Origin: Zygnema circumcarinatum SAG 698-1b
Taxonomy: Eukaryota > Plantae > Zygnematophyceae
Length of the DNA: 64,000 nucleotides
Direction of reading: 5' to 3'
Assembly: GCA_037447605.1 (NCBI GenBank)
Contig: CM074806.1
Location: 3,596,001 to 3,660,000 of the forward strand
Position numbers and translations under genes: made by a program. The stretch's first letter is position 1; every line of letters begins with the position of its first letter. This document shows, piece by piece, positions 1-10,200 of this stretch. The notes beneath the pieces were generated by a model that made no database searches, was not told where the DNA came from, and saw nothing but the letters and a program-made list of their open reading frames with translations.

Positions 1-303
1 ATTGGTGACGCACTGTTGAAGGTGGAAAATATGACGAGGACCCCCTGTAATTTCTCGTGTTTGTACCGTACGGCCTTCGCGACCTCCTCGAAAGCGACAA
101 TAATAATGTGACGACTTGGTGCCCACAAAATGCCACGCTTCCTCGCTGGCCACGACCAATCGGCGTTTTTTTCTTCACTGCGGAGACCGTTTAAGCCAAT
201 GAGCAATCGTCACGTGAAAATCCCTCGCACGCCATTGGCCTTGCCAGGTTTGACCGTTGACTCGTCGGCAGTCTCCCAGAAAGCGTCGGCGCGTGCACTG
301 CAC

Positions 304-319
304 CGGGACACGTGTCCCG
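304..319. promoter_or_regulatory. Perfect 16-bp palindrome CGGGACACGTGTCCCG with a G-box/ABRE core, upstream of the 1-Cys peroxiredoxin
   Basis: The palindrome is seen directly and its ACACGTGTC core fits the ABRE consensus. It lies about 235 bp before the ATG at 553. Function is inferred. Confidence 0.4.
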
Positions 320-552
320 TCGGCCATGCTCGATATTTTCGGTACGAAACCGATACGGTGAATGTGGACAGTCGGGACCCGAGGGCGGTACGGCCGGCAG
401 AATCCGAGACCGGACGGAAGGTGTACGGTCGGCCCTGGTAGTGGCTTCGGGGCGAGCAGAAGCAAGCTCTTGGAAGGAGGCGCAGGTCAAAGCAGGGCTG
501 TCTGCTGCAAGGTGGGAGAGGGAGGTGCAGGGAGGGAGGGAGGGAGGGAGCC

Positions 553-3372
553 ATGGCGCTGCGGCTGGGAGACACCGTGCCGGACTTTGTGGCGGATTCC
601 ACTCACGGAGAGATCAACTTTTACAAGTACATTGAGGGGTCGTGGGCGATCCTGGTACGTATGGTGGGGGATGTCTGCTCTGTGGCTTTTTTGGAAGATT
701 CGGGGACTATTGGAGAAGTAGTTTTGTTCAGGTGTACGGAATGGTGAAGGAGGGTAGATTCTGGAAAGGGACGAGTGAGACTGGGAAGTTTTGCATCCCG
801 GTCCTTTGTGGTTTGTGGCCGAGACAGAGATGAAAGGAACGAGTAAGGATGAGGGCGAAAGTGTGCAATTTTTTGGGGCTCCATATTGAAAACCTGATTG
901 AAGCTGCATGGATGAACTTGGTTCTTTTTGGTGTCAGGGTTGGAGGAAGCTAAACCTGGTGTTTTAGTCATCAAGGCGGCCCGCATAGAATGTTTGTCTC
1001 TATTTATCGGATGTTTGAGCGGTTTTAATGCCTTCAGACAGCTTTGCTTCTAGGAAATGCCTGAGTTGAACAGGTTCTGCGCCAAGGCAGTCTTGTGTAC
1101 AGCACCTTCTTGGCGCACAAGTTTCTCCAGCTTGTTTAGTTCGTTAACCGCTTCTTATGTTTTTCGCAAATCTCAAGCACAGCGATTCACAGTCGGTCTG
1201 CCATCCGTTTGCCCATTTTTGCAGTTTTCTCATCCTGCCGACTTCACTCCAGTATGCACTACTGGTAAGCAATGTCCGCTTTTGCCTGCTCGTTAGTGTT
1301 TTATTTGATGGTGACTAGAGCATTTTCCGACTTCTCAGGTTATTGTCTCCTATTTCATAAAAGTAAACATGCTCGAGGTACAAGAGATTGGGCGGTCCTT
1401 GGATGATGGGGAAAAAATTGGCGTGTTTTCTACTCGGTCTACTCGTCCTTTTTCATGGAAGGAAAAAAAAACTCAGTATAGAGAAGAAGAATAGCTTCTA
1501 GCGTCTGTGGGAAAATAATGGAGTAATGAAGAGTTGGAGGGGAAAGGGAGGCGCAGATTGGAAGAGAGGAAGGGATAGGCTATGAAGGGAACTGCGCACG
1601 TGAGGGAGGGGGTGATAAGAAGGCAGATGCACTGGTTAAGGATTTCATCTGCCTTGTTGGCATCTGCAAATTGGTTAATGTGTTCTTTTTCAGTTTGCTT
1701 ATATTTGTTTTTTTCTTGAACTTTGAGTCTAGCTTCTTCGGAGCTAGAGTCATATATGAAAGTTTGCCTTGTGAGGCACGTGCATCTTGTCAGGGTCGGG
1801 TGCATCTCCTCTTGTCTAGAGTCAAGGTGTGAGTCGTTCAGCATGCATTGACTTCGCAACCAGTCGCTGTTATCTGCAGACAGCTTAATTCCCGGCCTGC
1901 CAGACGTTTCTGCTAAGCCTACACATGTAAATGGCGCAGTCTGCGCTTGATCTACTTTAGAATAGGAGAATCCTGGCACCGAACACAGACAATAGCTACT
2001 TAAAGGTGGATAGGTACATGTACGGGGGTTGACCTGCACCTTAGATATACGGCGGCATCTATGAATTTGATTCTGTGATTTACCCCTTGTTCGGGTTGTG
2101 GATGTGGGCCTTCAGAGCTGGGCGCTGTTGGAAGTTTCTTGCCAGAGTTCGAGAAGCGAGGAGTCAAAGTGCTGGCTTTGAGCTGTAACGAGGTAAGCGA
2201 AGTGTTATCTTCGGGCGAACTTCGGCCGTCATGTTATGATCTTGTTTTGCTAAATTTTAAGTCTTAGGTCCTTGTTCTATGAGGCAGACGTACGACCTTT
2301 ACCAAAGAGAGGGTAGGCTATTTTGATAATTTACCACTGCATTCAGGTGCTACAATTGCTATACTTATGGTGAATAGTGGTTAATGGGACTCCAAAACCG
2401 GACTTCCGGTGAATCAAGTCAGATTTAGACGTCAGATGGAGTCTAAACTCCTGCAAGTTTCCTGAACGGCAATACTTTCTTGCAGCAGTGCCTTGTTTGC
2501 TTTGATGTTTTTCAAAAAAAGAAAAGTGTTTATAGTGAGTGAATCCTTCTTGCTGGTGCATCAGTAGTTGGTCATTCAGATACTTTCTGCAAGGGATGAA
2601 TTCGAAAGGCAGTCTGACAGCAGAGTGGCCAAGCTAGACCTTCCGCATTGTGTTGTTAGTGATTGAGGTTCATTCAATATCGTTCATGTCCAGCTTAAGT
2701 AATATTGCAGCAAAAAATTTCATACGAAACAGCATAGTGTGAATATTTGTTTGTTGGTGGCTATGATTGCAGGTTGATGTACACCAGGCATGGATTGCAG
2801 ACATTGAGGCCTATACTCCTGGGTCAACTGTGGGATACCCAATTGTTGCAGACCCGAAGAGGGAACTAGCTGTCAAGTGGGGTATGCTTGACCCTGATGA
2901 AGTTGACTCAGCAGGAATTCCTCTTGCGGCCCGTGCTGTGTTTGTAATCGGACCTGATAAGCGGCTCAAGCTCATGATCTTGTACCCTGCAACCACAGGC
3001 CGTAACTTCAATGAGGTACGGCCTGGCCTTGCTGCCGAAAATGGCTGCCATGACGAGGCGTTTGTTGTTGAGAATGGTGCAATATGAACAGCACGAGGTT
3101 GTTTTCCTAGTCGGTGAATTGGACCTCTGATTTTTTTGTTCCTCTTAACGTTTCGGTTATGAATGCAGGTTCTTCGCGTCATTGACTCGTTGCAGCTGAC
3201 ATCCAACTACAGTGTGGCGACACCTGTTGACTGGCAACGGGGCGGCAAGTGCATGGTGATCCCTTCCCTGTCAGACGATGCAGCGCGGGCCAAGTTTCCC
3301 AAAGGCTTTGACACCGTCAAAGTGCCTTCCGGCAAGTCCTATCTGCGGCTCACTCCGCAGCCAGACCTGTAA
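553..3372 (+). CDS. PER1: 1-Cys peroxiredoxin (Prx6 subfamily), 5 exons
   Basis: Exons 553-654, 1225-1264, 2116-2192, 2773-3015 and 3169-3372 join in frame across GT-AG introns. The product has FSHPADFTPVCTTELG (peroxidatic Cys), LMILYPATTGRNFNEVLRVIDSLQL and VATPVDW, all typical of Prx6. Confidence 0.96.
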
Positions 3373-4268
3373 GGGGCCAATTCCTGGCACACCAGGCGTC
3401 CTGCCTCTACAGAAGTACAGATTGCAATAGACATGCAGCCCATAGCACACACTACGGGTCGCCCCTTTTCTGATGGCTTGTTGTTTGTTAGGTTTCTTTA
3501 AGATCTACATGGGCCCTGGGATGTCTTACGAGCAGGAGTGAGCTTCAGACTGTGTGTGTCCACACAATTTGTTGCCGCAGGCTGCTCACATGGGACCCAG
3601 GTTTGTATTGTGTACCGTTGGGCAGTACCGTTGGTTTTTCCATTTGTGCAAATACTTGTTATGTATGCCGCACTCAGGGCCACTTGGCCCAGGCATGTTC
3701 TGGACTTTGCTGCCCACAAGACCATTCAATACCCTCGCCTCGTGAACATCTCCTTCAGGAGGTTGTGACCTACAATCTTGAAGTGTTCAGCTTTATCAGA
3801 TTTGATTTCTTGTCCATCAGTCATGCTCGTTCAAGCATCGTCCACATAGAAATGAACATTGTTTTCCATGCTTGGGACGTGGCATGCTTTCTCGCTTGTC
3901 ACATGCGAAGTGCAGACTACACCGCTATTTGTACAAAGTCTTTCCCCTGCCCGCACTGGAGCCCTTCGCACACCCATGTTGCATTTACTATGTAGCGCTC
4001 TTTTCTCGCCAATGACCGGCCCGGGCACTCTACAGCGCGGCTAAAGGTCAAAAACAGAACATGCAAATTCTCTCTCGAAAGGGAAAAGCTAAAACCTATG
4101 CACACTTACATTGGCACCGGTTAACCCAGTACAAAAAAAACCGTTTTTTTTTACACAGGTCCGAAAAGCCCAGAGCTGCATTGCTCGTGCTGGATGCAGT
4201 CGAGCTTCGCGGCTTTGCAGCTGACCAGCGAGTTCGGAGGACGAGCCAAATGTACAGATGTCGATGGT

Positions 4269-5225
4269 TTATGAGGTCGGCGGCACTTCTTTGCTCAGGG
4301 CTTCCTTTGCAGCGGGCAGATCCTCATCAAGAAGAATGTCAGCGGGGCCGTCCCACTTAATAAAAAACTCCACATCGTCGAAGTACACTACACGATGCAC
4401 GTCTCCTGCAGGCGTGAACAGGTAGTCTCCAGGGCCAAGATCGTGTTTTGTTTTCGCTGAAAGATTGTACACTCTCTTCCTTCCTGATAGAACAACAACG
4501 TCGTGTCCATGCGTGTGATGATGGGCCGGCTCGATGCTGCCTTTGACAAAACGAACATAGGCAGAAGTTGGAGATTTTCTGACCACCTGCCAGCTGCCAC
4601 CTACCATTGCCTCAACCGGCTCAAAGGATTTAGCACCTACAAAACAGATTGGACACTCAGTTGCCTTCTCTGGAGTTGAGGAATTTCCAGTAGCAACTAA
4701 TGACGGGGACGCACGAATTTGCGCCATTTCTCCGACAGAATTCGCGAGAAAACTGTCGACATCCGAAGTCCATGCCTTCCCACCACTAGCAGGACAAGGT
4801 CCTCTGAACTCAGTCGCCAACCACGCATCGAAGATCTCCTTCCCCTTGTCAGGACTGGTATGCATCCCTCCCAAGGCCAGCACATTCGAGTTATTGATCG
4901 ACCTTGCATTCTGCGCAGTCCCCACATTCTCACAGACCGCCGCATAAACTCCCGGATACTTGTTGGCAACCATACTCACTCCCATTCCCGTCCCGCATAC
5001 CAGCAGCCCCTTCGTTTCAGAGCCACCATGGCTGTTCCCCGAAGGCTGCACCCGCTTTGCTACCTCCTCCGCGATCGAGTAGTACTTGTCTTCCCCAAGA
5101 TCCTCCACCTCCACGCCTTTCTCCTTAGCGTACGCCACGAGCGCATTCTTCAACGCAGCGCCCAAGCTGTCTGCTCCAGCGACTATCTTCAGAGGCGCTC
5201 TCGCTGCGCTATCTGCGCCTGCCAT
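4269..5225 (-). CDS. DRT102: DNA-damage-repair/toleration protein DRT102-like (RpiB/LacAB-like domain plus C-terminal cupin), single exon
   Basis: 318-aa ORF with GLLVCGTGMGVSMVANKYPGVYAA and ARSINNSNVLALGG (RpiB fold), followed by the cupin motifs EPAHHHTHGHDVVVLSG and LFTPAGDVHRV. This is the plant DRT102 architecture. Confidence 0.9.
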   Translation of the reverse strand: MAGADSAARAPLKIVAGADSLGAALKNALVAYAKEKGVEVEDLGEDKYYSIAEEVAKRVQPSGNSHGGSETKGLLVCGTGMGVSMVANKYPGVYAAVCENVGTAQNARSINNSNVLALGGMHTSPDKGKEIFDAWLATEFRGPCPASGGKAWTSDVDSFLANSVGEMAQIRASPSLVATGNSSTPEKATECPICFVGAKSFEPVEAMVGGSWQVVRKSPTSAYVRFVKGSIEPAHHHTHGHDVVVLSGRKRVYNLSAKTKHDLGPGDYLFTPAGDVHRVVYFDDVEFFIKWDGPADILLDEDLPAAKEALSKEVPPTS

Positions 5226-5616
5226 GGCGGACTTTCCCTCACCCTTCCCCCTTCCACGTGGCCTCTCCTCCAGCCTCCACGACTCCTGCGTCCACGTCCC
5301 TTTCTCTCTCTCCTACGCGAACTTGTGTACTTCATTAGTCAAACTCTTCCAATGGCGGCTCGCCACGTGTGTAAAATGTGCACGTGGCGAGTCGCTATTG
5401 GCCGATGCTTGCGAGGGCGCAAAGTTCCCTCTTTCCCTCTCCCGTCTCCTCCGCTCGTCCTCTGCGCCGCGTTGAAGGTGTGGGCGGAGGAAGAGGAAAT
5501 GTGGTCTCCCCGGCGAGGCCGGAGCACACCTCCCAGAGTTACAGAACCTGGGGGTTGGCTTGAATCGTTTTTCCTTCGCTTGTTGGCAGTGAGAGCTTTT
5601 TATGGGAATAGATGTA

Positions 5617-6267
5617 CAGTCTAATCACGTTATAGTGACACTGTTTATAAGAACAGCATGGATATACTGTCTTTTTTTCCGGGAACGGAATTGCACCACT
5701 GCAGATCCTGCGCCAGTAGTGACGCCATTACGGATATAATGACGTTGAAAAACCCTGATTGTTACTATATGTTCAATATGTACTATAGAATCACGTTATA
5801 GTGTCCATGTCGGTCCCCACACATTTGTGTCACTATATCGGTAATGACTCGTTTGTCATTTCACATTTATAGTAACAATGTTATTACATATGTTTTTGCG
5901 GTATATCCGTACGACTTTGATACCGTACATTGTACTTTTTGGGCAGTCGTCACGTGAGTAGGTGTGTACGAACCCTAGTGAGAATGTGTACGGACAACTT
6001 GATATGTACGGTCAAGTCGATATCTGACGATATTAGTCGATAATGTGTACGGTCGTAAATATATTTGTAACGCATATTCCAATACGTGGGTGGATAATAT
6101 CGACATTTTGAACATATAGTAACAATTAGGGCTTTTCAGCGTCGTTATATCCGTAATGGCGTCACTACTGGCGCAGGATCTGCAGTGGTGCAATTCCGTT
6201 CCCGGAAAAAAAGTCAGTATATCCATGTTGTTCTTATAAAAAGTGTCACTATAACGTGATTAGACTG
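5617..6267. mobile_element. Non-autonomous Tc1/mariner-pogo-type MITE, 651 bp, with 165-bp terminal inverted repeats and a TA target-site duplication
   Basis: 5617-5781 is the reverse complement of 6103-6267 with 8 mismatches counted by eye. The termini are CAGTC...GACTG, with TA at 5615-5616 and at 6268-6269. No transposase ORF is present inside. Confidence 0.92.
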
Positions 6268-7230
6268 TACGGTGCAAGTGGAGTCTGACAACGAGCTTGA
6301 ATGAAACCAGACTTCCAAGAAGTTGGGCCTTAGAGCGGGTTTCACATCCAGGCGAAGCAATGACTGGTTCGCGGAAACAAGGTCCACGAATAGGAGAACA
6401 AAGTGACATTTGAGATGGTTAGTGTTGCTAGCAACTCAGAGTAAAACAAAAAAATGTCAAAGTTGATAACCCAAACCAAGGTCGTGTCTATTTCCATGCT
6501 AAGGAAATAGTTGAGGTGCGGATCCACCAGCTGTCAGTTGGCAACGGGTGCGATTTTTTTTTCTTTCCAATTCGCCGCTGTTTGAAGGTGGGAAAGTAGG
6601 GAAGCCATCAATCTTTCGATTTACACTAGCCAGAATGAAAGTGAAAATTGGACGACCTTGTTGATTTGAGTCGGATGACACTCGTGCGTGTGAATGTACC
6701 ATATGAGAACTCAAGGTTTGGCCAAATTTTACAACAGTATAAAGCCGTAGGGGATAGGGAATACTCTATTTTCGAAAATAAGCGAACAGGCAAGGAGGCG
6801 GGCCACGCAACAAAAGCCATGGCTTCATTTGATAATAATATCTACAGACATGATAAAGGTATACCAGACAGAGGAGGGTGACAACGGAAGTGTTCTAAAG
6901 AATGTCATAATCAGTCTGCCGTAATTGGTTCACCTGCTACCCTTAACTATAACCAGGGAGAACCAATTTTTTACTTGACAAGCCACAACAATTCTATGGC
7001 TGGCGACATGCCACCTCAGATCTTGAAGGGATGTACTACTTTTCTAGTATAGAACAGCTGGGGCTTACCCCGGATCTCGTCAACAATAATGAAGAAAAGA
7101 ATAATTGTAAGCTACCATTCTACACAATGGAAGCGCCCCACAACCCAGAGCTCTGCAATCACAAGCTATCCACAGAAGCCCACCTTTGACCAGCAGCTCT
7201 GCTCGTTGCTTTTTTTCCACAAATGATGAT

Positions 7231-10200
7231 TCACCGCGCAACAAGAGAGAGGAACACCGCCATCCACAATGTTACAGGGATAACAGAGAGGGCGTACTGC
7301 AGCCAAAAACATCGCCCCAAAACATTCAATTCCTCTGTCGAAAGTAGACTTCGTCCTCTCTCCCTCCTCCCCCTCTTTAATTCCCTCGTCACTCCCCTTT
7401 CTCTCCCCCTCTTTCTCTTTCACTCACTTGCATTCGCCCTCCCTTGATTGTGCCTTCCATTATTGACTACAGTTCATTAAATTATACTCAGCCCCCTCGT
7501 TATTTTGTCTTTCCCCTGTATTCTCACCTGTCGCAAAAGAAGGCCGGCCAAGACACCTGCAAGGGGCCGTGTGTTTGGTCGAAGCTGTAAACAGAGGGAC
7601 ACAATTGACGCCCATTAAGGTCGTCCAACAAGTAAGAAAATAGGGCATTGAAAAGTGCATTTACCAATAATCGGTTGCAGGACACACAAATGACGACCAA
7701 CCAAAGAATGCCAAATGATAGCATTCTGTATGCTCGCATAGTTCGGCCATGATCGCCCCAAAATCATGCATGCAACCATGAACTACCAGGTTCTTTCCCA
7801 GGACATGCTTGATAATCACAAACTATATGTCAGTTCAGGCGAGAAAGACGCAAATAGGAGACGATAGCCTTTGAAGAAGTGAACTTCATCAGTTTTTGCT
7901 CATTCAGGCAACCATGGTCTGGAAAACGGCCAATGCTCCGATGACGTGCAAAGGACCATGAACAAGAAAACTGAAAATAAGGTTTGTTGTCTTGTTTAGT
8001 TTTGCATTACTATTCCGGCTCCCATTCCACTCTGTTGAAAGGTGTGGAGAGCACAGAAAAGTTTACAATACACAAAATTTTGAGAGCTTCTCACTGGGGA
8101 TTAAATGAGAAAAACAGGCACCTGTGATAGGAGCACCAGGTTCTGTGCAGAGGGCATTGCACCTTCTACCTGCACAATTTTGCGGCATACATACATTAGC
8201 CTGGAGATCATGGGATGATGGATACCTGCCAAGATTCAGTGAATAAACGAATGAACGAATGTAATGCATGGTGCTGGAAAGTTGGAAGCACAGAGTTGGT
8301 GCTCCGTAGGCTTTGAGGTCTGTTGCTTACCATTAATGTCAATGAGCACACGGGATCTGCAGGGATAAGGTTTGCCTGACGCAGCGCCTGCAAGGATAAC
8401 GATGAAGCAACTCAGTTAGAATCTCCCTATTCTACCAACGTCCTCACTTTTCTACTCTCCCAATATCCTGCATTTTCATGACTAGCAAAAGCTTGCAGAC
8501 AGTCCCATCTTTCCCCTCAATCCAAAGGGCTGCAACCTTTTGACAGACTTTTCCAACCTAGGCTAGCTCTGACACCATTGGATTTTATCGAATCGGAGAG
8601 AGAACAGGTCGCTTACCAGGACAAGAGCCACATTGAACAGAGGTAATATCAAAAGCCTTACTGTACACACCACCCATAGAGCCCTTCCATCCAGAAAACT
8701 TGGACTGATAGATGGCTCCCTCCCTCCTCCTTCCAGAGCTCCCAATTTGGACTCTCCTTGTGCACCCACCCAGGAGGGCGTTGCTCTTGCCAGCTGCTCT
8801 CTGCTAGGCTCCACTACCAGCACTGTTCCGTTACCAGTTCTAGAGTTGCGGCCCTCAGCCACTCCTATCAAAATCTTTTCATCCACTATCTCTTCATGTA
8901 CACCCTCAAACTCTCTACCAGGTCTCTCAATCCCTACCAGTTGGGGTTTCGAGTTATTCCCGTTAAAGAGTCTGCTAAATGAAATGTTCATGTCTCCAGG
9001 AACGGAAGATGCTAAAGATGATGCAAGAACTACAGTTTGAATAGCTAAGGTCGCCGATCCAAGGAGAGATGCGGCCTGCACAGGTTCCATGAAACGACAG
9101 CACCATCAGAATGCGATTTACAAGATTTGGTTTTTTGCCAGCACTGTTTTCTTTCTGTAAGGTGTCCCTGCTTACATTAAAGAACATGTTTTCCTTCCTT
9201 GAAGCTTGATTTTGCTGAGAGATGCCATTCTAGCGACGAGTGAATATTTTGAGAAATGAATGGACAAGCCGTTGCTGCTGCCCCAATTGTAGTATAAAGG
9301 GAAGGCAAATGGGACATCAAGCTCACAGACTCGCTCTAAAATTCAGTTATCCAATGAATGATGTCGTTGTTTAAATGAACTGTCCAAAGCTCTACTTATA
9401 AATGAAAATGGAGACAACAAGGAGCTGAGACATGGTTTTTGCAAAAGCTTTGAGAGAAGGTCGTACTTCTAGAGCCGGTCGAAAAATGCCTGCTGTTAAC
9501 CTGGCCAGAACTGCCAATGGAGCCAAATACGTCCCTTCCAACGCCGGTATTTCCCGAGCGGGGAAAAAAAAATGCGATAATGGAGTTGCGCCAATTAAGA
9601 GTCCTAAGAGCACCTGTATCAGATAGCAGAATGGAACACGCAGCATTTCTGAGCAGGTAAGTCCAAGAACAAGCTGCATGATAAAACCAGTCCGAAATAC
9701 AAGTAGGGAACTGGATTATCCCTACTGCGTTCGAGCGCTTCTTTGACTGCTGGAGAGCTTCAAAGCCTACAGTATAATGCATCGTATGATAGGAAAACCT
9801 TTGCAACAGTATTTCAGGAAAAGAAAACCTTACACCAAAAAGAGGAGGATTTACAATACGCTCCACCCATGATTTGAGCATTTCCCAAAGTGAACCTGCC
9901 GGTTTTTCGATATCACCATCGCTCCCCCCAGAAATAATATTGTACCCAACAGTCCAAAGAGCCGGTGACCACCTGCAACGAGGTGATGCTTGTTAAATAC
10001 CTATGAGGAATGAAACTGAGTAAATTTGCAGAGTACTCTTAAAATTGTGGTGTCTACATAAGCTCACTTCACCCACTTGTAAGGAATCTGATGCAAAAAT
10101 AGCCCTACTTGTTGTTTCCTCAATCTAATGGTGCCTTTCCCGGAACCCCACCACTAGAGTTTGTCCCCAATTTCCATATCATTACATTATCCTCAATCCC

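Noticed and set aside
4719-5624. 301-aa plus-strand ORF and other long antisense ORFs (for example 44841-45467, 17496-17876, 61508-62344)
   Set aside because: They are shadows of real genes on the opposite strand and contain no recognisable domains.
5975-6226. 83-aa ORF inside the first MITE as a transposase
   Set aside because: It is simply a translation of the TIR and has no DDE or HTH features.
6648-6881. 77-aa ORF between the MITE and the PILS-like 3' end (likewise 20593-20847)
   Set aside because: There is no ATG-led start with promoter context and no recognisable motif. Probably UTR or intergenic sequence.
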